Positions 40,877 through 51,204 are shown, counted from the stretch's first letter. The stretch: DNA of 64,000 nt from Coraliomargarita sp. (GCA_965216325.1 OZ244160.1:2720001-2784000), one strand, 5' to 3'. Numbers and translations are program-made. The notes: a model not told the origin generated them from the letters alone.

Positions 40877-42709
40877 ATGGATAAGAAAAATACGATCCTA
40901 GGTATCATCTGCATCGCAGGCGGCCTCTATTTTATGTTCACACAGCAGTCACAGCTGTCTGAGCAACAACGCCAGCAGGCCCTTGAGCAAGCCAACCAAG
41001 AAGTCGCGGCACTTGAGGCGGGTGAGTCCAGCACCACGCCGGCCGACGCAGCCATTGCTCCTGTCGACGCGACTGCGGAAGGCGATGCGATGCTCGACCT
41101 GATCGCTCAGGATGTCGCGGAAACTCCAGAGATTGTCGAAACTCCAGAGCTTCCGGAGGCGGAAGCCCAGATCGTCACACTGGCCAACGATTTTATCGAA
41201 GTCGATTTCACCACCAGTGGTGGTGCGATTCGCGAAGTGGCATTTTTGCAAACCAAGCGTGGCGAGCGAGACGACTACATTTTCAATGAAGATGGCTTTC
41301 TTCCGGCGCTAAGCCTGAGTATCGCCAAAGCGACCGGTGAGACGATCGAGTTCAACCGCAACTTCGTCGTCGAGTCACAGAGCGATGATGCGATCACTTT
41401 TGCATTCAATGCCGGCAACGGCCTGACGATTCGCCGTAGCTACGAGCTCGCTCCGAGCGGCAGTGACGCGGAGGCATATGTGATCAAGCACACCACCAGC
41501 TTTGCGAATAGCTCCGATGCACCCAAAGCAATTTCCAATGTTTACCTGAACCTGGGCACGTCGCGTCCGATCAATGAAAAGGCGCTGCCAAGCTACCTGA
41601 ACGTCGGTTACTTCAATGGTGACAAGTCCAAGTTCATCGCGATCAACAAGCTCACCGGTAGCGGTGGCTTTCTTGGCATCGGTGCTCGTGAGCCACGCCA
41701 GCGCATTGAGAAAGACAACGTCAACGCGCAGTGGACTTCGGTGAAGAATCAGTTCTTCGCAGCAGTGCTTTCCTCCGATGCCGTTGCCAGTGATGTTTTG
41801 ATCGATCAAGTGCCTACCGCTCCCAAGGGTGATGGCGAAAAAGCACGCGCGGGTATTACCGGTAGTGCTGGCTATGAGTTTGGCACCATTGCCCCAGGCA
41901 CTGCGCAAACGATCGATTTTGAATACTATATTGGTCCTAAGGAGTTCAAACGTCTCAAGGACTTAGGTAATCATCAGGACGAAGTCATGCAATTTGGCTT
42001 CCTCCACTTCATTAGTAAGGCGCTGCTGTCTTTCATGTATTTGATTCACAGCTTTGTGCCGAGCTGGGGCTGGTCCATCATCATCATGACCATCTGCATC
42101 AAGGGTGTGTTCTGGCCGCTCACCGCGCAGGCGAGTAAGTCGCAGAAGCGCATGGCGAAGATCCAGGGCCCGATGGCGGAGCTCAAGGAAAAGTATGCCG
42201 ACAACCCGCAGAAGATGCAACAGGAGACGCTCAAGCTCTTCCGTGAGCACCGTGTGAATCCAGTTGCGGGCTGCTTGCCGCTATTCATTCAGATGCCGAT
42301 TTTCCTCGGCCTGTTCTACATGCTGCGCACTGCATCTGAGTTGCGCCATGAGCCGTTCCTATGGGTTAAGGACCTCTCCATGCCGGACACAATGTTCGAG
42401 ATCGCGGGTTTCCCGGTCAACATTCTGCCGATAATTATGGGTGTCACCATGTTCCTGCAAATGAGCATGATGCCGGTGTCGCCAACCGCAGACCCGGCAC
42501 AGCAGAAGATCTTCAAGTTCCTGCCGTTCGTGTTCCTGATCTTCCTCTACAATTTCTCTTCCGGTCTGGTGCTTTACTGGACGATGCAGAACATCCTCAC
42601 GATCGTTCAGCAGAAGATTACCAATGCGATGCCAGACGAGCCGCTTCAGCCTACTGCCGCAATACCTGCCGCAACTGGCAAGGGCGCCAAGGCGAAGAAA
42701 AAGAAGTAA
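40877..42709 (+). CDS. yidC: Membrane protein insertase YidC
   Basis: YIGPK, GCLPLFIQMPIF, FLWVKDLS.PD, GLVLYW. Confidence 0.96.
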   Translation: MDKKNTILGIICIAGGLYFMFTQQSQLSEQQRQQALEQANQEVAALEAGESSTTPADAAIAPVDATAEGDAMLDLIAQDVAETPEIVETPELPEAEAQIVTLANDFIEVDFTTSGGAIREVAFLQTKRGERDDYIFNEDGFLPALSLSIAKATGETIEFNRNFVVESQSDDAITFAFNAGNGLTIRRSYELAPSGSDAEAYVIKHTTSFANSSDAPKAISNVYLNLGTSRPINEKALPSYLNVGYFNGDKSKFIAINKLTGSGGFLGIGAREPRQRIEKDNVNAQWTSVKNQFFAAVLSSDAVASDVLIDQVPTAPKGDGEKARAGITGSAGYEFGTIAPGTAQTIDFEYYIGPKEFKRLKDLGNHQDEVMQFGFLHFISKALLSFMYLIHSFVPSWGWSIIIMTICIKGVFWPLTAQASKSQKRMAKIQGPMAELKEKYADNPQKMQQETLKLFREHRVNPVAGCLPLFIQMPIFLGLFYMLRTASELRHEPFLWVKDLSMPDTMFEIAGFPVNILPIIMGVTMFLQMSMMPVSPTADPAQQKIFKFLPFVFLIFLYNFSSGLVLYWTMQNILTIVQQKITNAMPDEPLQPTAAIPAATGKGAKAKKKK

Positions 42710-42730
42710 GCCGGAAGCAGGTTTTAATTA

Positions 42731-42785
42731 AGAAAGCAGGAAATGAGGAACGCACTTCGGTGTCGTCCTTGTTTCCTGCTTTTTT
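42731..42785 (+). terminator. Terminator after yidC
   Basis: AAAGCAGGAAA...TTTCCTGCTTT long stem plus T-run. Confidence 0.75.
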
Positions 42786-42802
42786 GTGGGTAGGGCGCGC
42801 CT

Positions 42803-42868
42803 TTAGCCGATGCCATAGCCAACAGCTATTGCAAATATGCTGATTATTGCTACGGAGATTTTATTCAT
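42803..42868 (-). pseudogene. Truncated third integron cassette (21-aa signal-peptide-like remnant)
   Basis: ATG overlaps the GTTCTAT core; MNKISVAIISIFAIAVGYGIG*; no downstream attC seen. Confidence 0.5.
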
Positions 42869-42928
42869 AGAACGTAGAGTCGTAGACGCTCGTGTGTGGC
42901 AACACACGAGTTGTCTATCGCGACTGGT
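42867..42928 (-). other. attC site 2 (last 5 bp displaced to 44835-44839 by the intron)
   Basis: Rejoined minus strand AGCTAAC-CAGTC-GCGATAGAC..CTCGTGTGT/ACACACGAG..GTCTACGAC-TCTAC-GTTCTAT, 67 bp. Confidence 0.85.
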
Positions 42929-44834
42929 GTGTGCCGAGCATGCGCTCGATGTAAAAGTGGTTAAAGTCCGCTATAGTAAGAACCTAATCATAAAATGAAA
43001 GAACTATTACCAGATGCCAAGGGCGTTGTCGTGAGGCAGGGTCTGAAGGAAGGCTATGGGAAAGCTGCGAGCTGATGAACAAAAACTGCATAGAAGGCCG
43101 ACGTGGTCTGGTGAGCTGGCACCACACAGCGAAACCGCTAGGTTCAGCCACGCAGGTAAATGCAGCAGTTGTGCAGCGGAGCATCGAGTGCTTACCTCGG
43201 GAGGCCTCAGCGAGTGGCATGGGTTGGCTTAAAGGTGTCAATCAAGCCCATGCACCTGAGTCAGTAATGACACAGGCGGCACTGGTTGAGGAGTCAGCAG
43301 CGAGCATAGTAGTCATGGAACCGCGAGCCATGAGTAGGTCGATAGGCCGAAGAGCATGGAGGTCTCGAACGTGATGAAGGCTCAAACCGTATATGGGCAG
43401 TCCGACCCGCAGGCAGGTTCACCTCTCACTGGCACAGACCCGTGTCGAGAGTTGGGCGATGTTTGTGCAGGGAAGCATGGGGCTGCCGAGCAAGAACTAC
43501 TGGAGTTGATGCTGGACCGCGCTAATCTGAACGCAGCTTGGCGGCGTGTGCGCAGCAACGGTGGAGCTTCTGGCATCGACGGTATGTCGATCGAGGACTT
43601 TCTGCCGTTTGCGCGCGAGCACTGGTCGCGGATCGAGACTCAACTGAAAGAGGGAACCTACCAGCCAGCCGCGGTGCGCCGCGTCTGGATACCGAAGGAC
43701 AATGGGGAGAAGCGCCCACTGGGCATCCCCACGGTGTTGGATCGTGTGATCCAGCAAGCCATCGCTCAGGTAATTGCGCCGATCTTTGAGGCACAGTTCA
43801 GTGAGCACAGCTTCGGCTTTCGTCCAGAACGCCGAGCTCATGACGCAGTCAAGTCGATCCAAAGCGCAGCCGCCAAAGGTCACGTGTACGCGGTCGATTG
43901 TGACCTGAAGTCATTCTTCGACACGGTCGATCATCGTGAATTGATGCAGCGTCTAGCGCGCCGGATCAAAGACGGGCGCGTGTTGCGCCTGATCTACCGC
44001 TACCTGAAAGCAGGCATCCGCTTGCCCGATGGCAACACCGAGGCAACCGCCGAGGGGGTGCCACAGGGGGGACCGCTCAGTCCGCTACTGGCCAATATCA
44101 TGCTCGATGACCTCGACCATGAACTCGAACAACGCGGGCACCGTTTCGCACGCTACGCCGACGATTTTGTTATCGTCGTCCAAAGCAAGCGAGCGGCTGA
44201 GCGCGTGATGCACAGCATCAGTGGCTTCATCGAAGCGAAGCTCAAACTGATCGTGAATCGCGAGAAAACGAAGGCGGGTCGGCTGACACAGTGCAGCTTC
44301 CTCGGATTCGTGATCTCGCCCAAGCGTATCCGCTGCTTGGATACCAAACTGCACACGTTCAAGAAGACCATCCGTCAAATCACCTGTCGCAGTTGGGGCA
44401 TCTCCATGGAGGAACGCCTCGAACGTCTACGACTGTATGTGAATGGCTGGCTGGGTTACTTCGCTATCGGTGTGCCGTTCAAGGATATCCGCAGCATGGA
44501 TCAATGGCTACGAAGGCGTGTGCGCTTGTGCTACTGGAAACAGTGGCGTTTACCGCGCACGCGCTACCGCAAGCTACGCGCGCTTGGGATCAACCCGAAG
44601 ACGATTAAGCAGGCTAGTCGTTGTCGAAAAGGCTACTGGCGCTGCAGCAAACTGCGAGTGGTCAGTATCGCGATGAACAACCAATGGCTCGCCGAACAAG
44701 GCTGCCCCTCAATCAAAGAACAGTGGCTCAAACTCTGCTATCCAAACGGATAGCCCTAACGGAACCGCCGTGCTACGGAGCCGTATGGCCGGTGGTGTGG
44801 GGGCGGGAGTCAGTGATGGCTCCCGCTACCCGAT
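42929..44834 (+). mobile_element. Group IIC (attC-targeting) intron
   Basis: 5' GTGTGCCG; DV GAACCGCCG.. with CGC triad; DVI ending CCCGAT; exon junction TGGT/TAGC just after the attC hairpin; opposite orientation to cassettes. Confidence 0.9.
43356..44753 (+). CDS. ltrA: Group II intron reverse transcriptase/maturase without endonuclease domain
   Basis: RPLGIP..DR, SFGFRP, GVPQGGPLSPLL, RYADD, X domain (GWLGYF); start could be 43374. Confidence 0.95.
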   Translation: MEVSNVMKAQTVYGQSDPQAGSPLTGTDPCRELGDVCAGKHGAAEQELLELMLDRANLNAAWRRVRSNGGASGIDGMSIEDFLPFAREHWSRIETQLKEGTYQPAAVRRVWIPKDNGEKRPLGIPTVLDRVIQQAIAQVIAPIFEAQFSEHSFGFRPERRAHDAVKSIQSAAAKGHVYAVDCDLKSFFDTVDHRELMQRLARRIKDGRVLRLIYRYLKAGIRLPDGNTEATAEGVPQGGPLSPLLANIMLDDLDHELEQRGHRFARYADDFVIVVQSKRAAERVMHSISGFIEAKLKLIVNREKTKAGRLTQCSFLGFVISPKRIRCLDTKLHTFKKTIRQITCRSWGISMEERLERLRLYVNGWLGYFAIGVPFKDIRSMDQWLRRRVRLCYWKQWRLPRTRYRKLRALGINPKTIKQASRCRKGYWRCSKLRVVSIAMNNQWLAEQGCPSIKEQWLKLCYPNG

Positions 44835-45176
44835 TAGCTTTTCAAGTGTTATTGAGGTTCGAAAGTGGTCTTTGGTGAAGTAATCAACATTAAGTATTCC
44901 CTCTTTTTCGTTTCCTTCAAATTTTACTTTGTAGCACCCGTCGATTTTTGAGCATGGCATGTGCTCTAGGACATCAATTTGCCATCCTCTTGCATTAAAT
45001 TCTTTTTTGAGAAACCTCTGAACGCTTCCATGATGTAAATCATACCAGCCTGGCCCTTTGAATTTCTTTTTAAATTTTAGGAAATCCCACCAGTTAAACC
45101 AGCCGATCAAAGGGCCCAATGAGAAGATGAGAAACCACCTTTGTTCTTCATCTGCGTTTAGGTGCCTGAACTTCAT
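44826..45176 (-). CDS. Integron cassette 2 hypothetical protein
   Basis: AT-rich ORF starting just after GTTAGCT core and ending at attC2/intron boundary. Confidence 0.7.
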   Translation of the reverse strand: MKFRHLNADEEQRWFLIFSLGPLIGWFNWWDFLKFKKKFKGPGWYDLHHGSVQRFLKKEFNARGWQIDVLEHMPCSKIDGCYKVKFEGNEKEGILNVDYFTKDHFRTSITLEKLIG

Positions 45177-45182
45177 TCTTTT

Positions 45183-45248
45183 AGCTAACGTGGAGGATGA
45201 GCGACTAGTGAGCGCAGCACACTAGTTGCTCACTCCGTCTTGATCTGT
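45183..45248 (-). other. attC site 1
   Basis: Minus strand ACAGATC-AAGAC-GGAGTGAGCAACTAGTG..CACTAGTCGCTCATCC-TCCAC-GTTAGCT, 66-bp imperfect palindrome. Confidence 0.85.
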
Positions 45249-45710
45249 CTTGCGAAAAAGTGGAAGAATGATCGGCAAGCTCGCTATGGCTAGTAGAAGG
45301 ATCAAAAACAGTTCGATTACCCAGAATTTGACGTATGTATAGGATCCGTAGAAGTCAGATGATTTCTCACCAGTCGTCCATTTTGAGAACCCAAAGGTAT
45401 ATTCTCTTTGCTTTCCTTCTTTCGGATTCTCTTTGGCTGCTTGAAGGTCGAAATCTGTTTTGCTTTTGAAGTTAAGGCTTAGTCGAGGCAACTCCATGTC
45501 GACATTTTTAATCTGGTGCCGATAGCCAAAAAGTAGGGAATCTGGATCACCGCTATACTGCACATACCTCTGGGCTTCAGTCATTCCTTTTTCAACTTTC
45601 GGGATCGAGGTCAGCGAAAAGGAATGATCTTCAGCATGGACATGCAGAAATAAAATGAGTGCCATGATCGACAAGATCAGGGTAATTAAAACCGTGGAGG
45701 CGTGTTTCAT
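45222..45710 (-). CDS. Integron cassette 1 hypothetical membrane protein
   Basis: N- and C-terminal hydrophobic segments; ATG just after GATCTGT core; stop inside attC1. Confidence 0.75.
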   Translation of the reverse strand: MKHASTVLITLILSIMALILFLHVHAEDHSFSLTSIPKVEKGMTEAQRYVQYSGDPDSLLFGYRHQIKNVDMELPRLSLNFKSKTDFDLQAAKENPKEGKQREYTFGFSKWTTGEKSSDFYGSYTYVKFWVIELFLILLLAIASLPIILPLFRKTDQDGVSN

Positions 45711-45716
45711 TTTTTT

Positions 45717-45760
45717 ACAGATCAGTGTTAAGGGATGCACTCAGTGCATGGTTATCAAGT
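45717..45760 (-). other. Putative attI crossover region
   Basis: GATCTGT at 45723-45717 is complementary to R'' of attC1; lies between first cassette and intI. Confidence 0.6.
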
Positions 45761-46108
45761 TTGGGCCGTTTGGCTGAGTGTCGAGTTTTTGAGGTTTTGT
45801 TTGCTTTGGGCGCTTTGCGGGTCGCTTGAATCCTGTATTTGTAGAGTTCTAATGTTTTTAAGCTAAGTGAGGTTGCGTGTGGGCTTCAAGTTCTGATTCC
45901 GGAAAATGATGCACTCAAATGGACTAACGATGTCTGAGTGCATGTTATCACTTTTTACTGCTTTGAGTTGTCGGAGTCTTAACTTGATGCAGGAGAGCTG
46001 CTTAGGTCTGTTTTTAAACGTTTTTTGTGTGTTTTGTTCCCGGCTAATCGTGAACCTAACGCATTTAGTGACTTGATTGTGGTGAAAATAAGTGCACTAT
46101 TTGTGTGT

Positions 46109-47437
46109 ATGAAAACGATCCATTTTCCGAGGTGGGCAGAGGTGCTGGATAGCTGTGATCTTGATGGTCCGAAGCGCGAATCGTATAAGGTGACGATTCG
46201 CTGGTATTTAAGTTGGTGTGCTAAGCGGCATGTAGGTTGTTTGGTTGAATCGGCGCGTGCGTTTGTGGGGTGGGCGATTCAGGAGAAGGACCCGAAGGAT
46301 TGGGTGATTGATCGTTGGAAAGAGGGGATACGCTGGTTTTTTGTCGCAGCGAAGGCGCAGGCTGCTCCAGGGGGCGGAGCGAGTGAGGGGAAGATTGAGG
46401 GTGCGGAGCCGGAGGCTCCTGCGCTACCTAAACTGGAGCGCCGTGATTTGGAAGGGGAAGAGCGGATTGAGGCGGCGAATGACGATGAAAGGCGGATTCT
46501 TTCGGTAATGCGTCGCTTGGGGCGTGCTTTGAGGACTGAGCGGAATTATCTGGGTTGGTATCGTGATTTCGCTCGGCGATCGGGGTTGGCGGATGGTTTT
46601 GCGATATCGGCGGCGCAGATTAAGGAATATTTGGATTATTTGGCGATGGAGCGTGCGGTGTCGTCCTCGACGCAGAAGCAGGCGCTCAATGCTTTGGTCT
46701 TCATTGCGCGGGAGGTGTTTGAGTTGGAGTTGGGCGATATCGGTGACTTTGTCCGGGCGAAGAATCGGAAGCGTATCCCGGTGGTCATGAGTAAGGACGA
46801 GACACGAGTATTCTTTAAAAAATTAAAAGGTGAGCGGCTGTTGATGGCTCAGTTGCAGTATGCGGCTGGTTTACGTGTTTCGGAACTGTGCCGTTTGCGC
46901 ATTCAGGATTTGGATTTGGACAGGCATCAGGTGGTTGTGCGCAGTGGTAAGGGTCGAAAGGATCGGGTCGCTCCGCTCTCTGTGAAGTTGATTGAGGCCT
47001 TAACGGGGCATTTGGAGACGGTGCATGCGCTTTTTGAGGAGGACTTGAAGCGTTTGGATCTTGCTGGGGTGTATTTGCCAGAGGCCTTGGCGCGCCGTCA
47101 TTCTAATGCGGGACATGATTGGCGCTGGCAGTGGCTGTGGCCAAGTCGTGAGGTCTCTGAAGATCCACGGGAATCTGGCGCTCGGCGTCGGCACCATGTT
47201 TTGTCGAATTCCTACCAGCGCAGTGTTGCGTCGGCGGGACGGGCTGCTGGTTTGACCAAGCGTATTACCAGTCACACCTTGCGGCACAGTTTCGCCACGC
47301 ACTTGTTGGAGGATGGTGTGGATATTCGCACGGTGCAGGACTTGCTCGGACATAAGAGTGTCGAGACGACCCAGATTTATTTGCACGTGATGCAGAAGCC
47401 GGGGGCTGGAGTGCGCAGCCCGCTGGATACCCTTTGA
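46109..47437 (+). CDS. intI: Integron integrase with extra N-terminal domain
   Basis: [32 protein letters not shown]; IntI-specific insert [23 protein letters not shown]. Confidence 0.95.
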   Translation: MKTIHFPRWAEVLDSCDLDGPKRESYKVTIRWYLSWCAKRHVGCLVESARAFVGWAIQEKDPKDWVIDRWKEGIRWFFVAAKAQAAPGGGASEGKIEGAEPEAPALPKLERRDLEGEERIEAANDDERRILSVMRRLGRALRTERNYLGWYRDFARRSGLADGFAISAAQIKEYLDYLAMERAVSSSTQKQALNALVFIAREVFELELGDIGDFVRAKNRKRIPVVMSKDETRVFFKKLKGERLLMAQLQYAAGLRVSELCRLRIQDLDLDRHQVVVRSGKGRKDRVAPLSVKLIEALTGHLETVHALFEEDLKRLDLAGVYLPEALARRHSNAGHDWRWQWLWPSREVSEDPRESGARRRHHVLSNSYQRSVASAGRAAGLTKRITSHTLRHSFATHLLEDGVDIRTVQDLLGHKSVETTQIYLHVMQKPGAGVRSPLDTL

Positions 47438-47745
47438 GTCGAGATTGAGCTGGTTTGGGTGCGAGGTTCTGTTCGTTAATTGGCTAATCTTGCTGGATTC
47501 TTGGTTTGAGTGGTAAGTTTTATGCATTGGCCGGGATGGCTCTTTTTGATCAGGGAGTCGGGCTTTGGTTTGGTGACGTCTCTGTTGCTCTAGTTTGAGT
47601 GATTATGCTGCTTTGTCGTTGGAGGCTATCTCGCTGATGCTGTGTGGCTTGTTGCCTGGTTTTAATGGATTGCTCTGCGTGTATGAATAAAATCGATTTC
47701 AGGCATTAAGAATCTGTTGGGGCGAAAACGGTTAGAGACTTGGAC

Positions 47746-47762
47746 TTGGCATGGCTGTGGCT
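47746..47762 (+). promoter_or_regulatory. Putative sigma54 promoter (-24/-12)
   Basis: TTGGCATGGCTGTGGCT, GG-N10-GC, 60 bp before the nitrate transporter. Confidence 0.6.
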
Positions 47763-47820
47763 AGAAGGGGATTGTTTTTTGCTAATCCCTCTTCGGAGGA
47801 ACCCAACCCAACCAACACAT

Positions 47821-49296
<1,476 letters not shown>

Positions 49297-49343
49297 GTTA
49301 AAATTTTTTATGCGAGTTATCTTCTTCGTGTAAAGTTGTTGGG

Positions 49344-49378
49344 ACCGCGCTCTGCGTTTACGTGGGGCGCGGTTTTTT
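49344..49378 (+). terminator. Terminator after the nitrate transporter
   Basis: ACCGCGC..GCGCGGT plus T-run. Confidence 0.6.
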
Positions 49379-49523
49379 GTGTGGAAATGAAAGTGGCTGG
49401 AGGCACCACCCCGTCTCGCATTGCGCCTTCGACGGGCTCAGGGCTGGCGAGCCACCCCTCCTCGTCAAGATGACATGGGAGGAGTTGCCAGCGGTGAGTA
49501 ATCACTAAGCTAGCACTCCAGCC

Positions 49524-50678
49524 ATGAAGAATACGAAATCACTCACTCCCACATCAGATAAACAGACTGAAGCGAAAGCGGATGTCCTCAAGCTTGGAAT
49601 CGACGTGCACAAGCGGCAATACGTTGTCGTGGCTCAGTTTGATAATCAGTCTCCGAAGACTCCACAGCGGTTTAGTCCTGAGGCATTTTTGGTTTGGATC
49701 AGCAAGCAGCGTGCCTACGCACAGCGTATTGTGACATGCTACGAAGCGGGCTGTTTCGGTTACGTGTTGCATCGGAGGTTGGAATCGATGGGCATCGAGA
49801 ACTTGGTCGTGCGTCCGCGTAACTGGGATGAGTATGGCTCGAAGGTGAAGACCGATGCCCGTGATGCGACCGAGCTTTGCAGCCATCTTGATCGTTATCT
49901 GGCGGGCAATGAGCGTGCTTTAAGTGTGGTTCGAGTTCCGAGCGAAGAACAGGAGCGTTCACGTAGTTTGAGCCGACAGCGCGACACCTTATCCAAAGAG
50001 CTCAAGCGCTTGCAGAACGTAGGAACCAGCAATGCCCGCTATTACGGTTATGAACTGAAAACAACTTGGTGGAAGCAGAACAACTTCAAGGAGTTGCTGC
50101 GTGAGTTGCCTGAGTATCTACTGGAGATCTTGCGCCCATTTCAGGCGATCTTAGCGAGCATCGATAAACAGTTCCGTGAAGTCACCGCACGCGAAGAGCG
50201 CAGAGCAAACCGCAAACTACCCGTTGGTCTGGGAGCACTCACAGCCTCGATTCTGGACAATGAGTTTCGTGACTACAGTCGCTTCAAAAACCGTGGCCAA
50301 GTCGCGAGCTATACGGGGCTGTGCCCGAGTGAATCTTCCAGTGGCGGCTCGCGCAAACAGGGTAGTATTAATAAACATGGCAATCCTCGTGTACGCCATA
50401 CTCTGATCGAGGCGATTTGGCGCTTTCTTCAGCACCAACCCGATTACGATCCGATCAAAGACTGGAGGAAGCGTATGTGCAATGAGCCCTTTAGTGCAGC
50501 TAAGAAAAAGAAAATGACTGTAGCTATCGCACGTCGATTTGCCGTGGACTGGTGGCGAATCAATACAGGGCAAATAGAGCCTGAAGCAGTCGGCTTGAAG
50601 GTGGACTATCCGAGCGCCTATGCAACGCGTGCTTTGCGTGAAGGCCGGATCGTCAAAATCCATGCGAAAGGAGCTTAA
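49524..50678 (+). CDS. IS110 family DEDD recombinase/transposase
   Basis: GIDVHK, YEAG, KTDARDA; C-terminal SYTGLCPSESSSGG..GN. Confidence 0.95.
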   Translation: MKNTKSLTPTSDKQTEAKADVLKLGIDVHKRQYVVVAQFDNQSPKTPQRFSPEAFLVWISKQRAYAQRIVTCYEAGCFGYVLHRRLESMGIENLVVRPRNWDEYGSKVKTDARDATELCSHLDRYLAGNERALSVVRVPSEEQERSRSLSRQRDTLSKELKRLQNVGTSNARYYGYELKTTWWKQNNFKELLRELPEYLLEILRPFQAILASIDKQFREVTAREERRANRKLPVGLGALTASILDNEFRDYSRFKNRGQVASYTGLCPSESSSGGSRKQGSINKHGNPRVRHTLIEAIWRFLQHQPDYDPIKDWRKRMCNEPFSAAKKKKMTVAIARRFAVDWWRINTGQIEPEAVGLKVDYPSAYATRALREGRIVKIHAKGA

Positions 50679-50700
50679 CAACTGATTTTTATGTAATTTG

Positions 50701-50860
50701 GAACGTTGGCTTGCGCGGCTCCCCTCCTGGTTCTTTGAAGAACCGATACCAAGATTGCGCGGCCTTTGTTCCTCTTGCCGATTGAATAGATCAACTTGCA
50801 CTGCTGAGAACAGGCACGTGCGGATAGCAGGTTATGCCCGGCAGTTTGCCGAATGCATCA
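50701..50860 (+). ncRNA. Putative bridge/seekRNA of IS copy 1
   Basis: Two internal-loop hairpins with target guides CTCCCCTCCT/ACCAAG and donor guides TCAACT/ATAGCAG; boundaries approximate. Confidence 0.8.
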
Positions 50861-51078
50861 ACAGAGGAAACGTTTCAAATGAATGATCTTAAAATGGGGG
50901 CTCATTGCCGCCCCCAAGCCCCCGCTAGGGGAACAGAATCGAAAGTAGATATATCCATGCATTAACAAAATTACGAAACCGCTTGACGATATCTCCCATA
51001 GCAGGAGGGGAGTTTTGGGCTCTGCGTTTACGTGGGGGTGTCCTTGCGCTGCATTGAGTTGTCTGGCTTTGCGGGCCT

Positions 51079-51155
51079 GTGCGGAGCCGGAGGCTCCTGC
51101 GCTACCTCTTGGTTGGGGGGGGGGGCGGGTGGCAATGGCGGAGCATTGCCCTCCA
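51079..51155. repeat. REP cluster (GTAG- and GGAG-type units)
   Basis: 51079-51107 identical to 46401-46429; 51131-51155 similar to 37110-37135. Confidence 0.75.
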
Positions 51156-51204
51156 TTTCTAATTTGAAGTTTTCCTCCTGTTGCATCGTTGGGATTTTTG
51201 GTTC

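Larger units (their letters stand above)
49470..51004 (+). mobile_element. IS110-family (IS1111-type layout) element, copy 1
   Basis: AG|ATGACATGGG left end, CATAGCAG| right end, subterminal IR ATGGGAG/CTCCCAT, long 3' non-coding region; removal restores a family B palindrome. Confidence 0.9.

Noticed and set aside
43356..44753. Reverse transcriptase as DGR, retron or CRISPR-RT
   Set aside because: It has a maturase domain and is flanked by group II intron ends and DV/DVI; no TR/VR pair, msr-msd or cas gene seen
45960..46108. LexA box upstream of intI
   Set aside because: No convincing CTGT-N8-ACAG or TGTTC-N4-GAACA found by eye
50856..50859. CATC downstream of ATAGCAG as the second donor guide
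   Set aside because: Its position relative to the local hairpin differs between the two copies; the upstream TCAACT/GTCAT fits the shared loop layout better
50698..50886. Small ORF in the IS 3' region
   Set aside because: TTG start, no clear RBS, no counterpart in copy 2; the conservation is at RNA structure level
49349..51037. 19-bp repeat as target-site duplication of IS copy 1
   Set aside because: It lies about 100 bp and 14 bp from the ends; the empty-site comparison shows only AG is repeated
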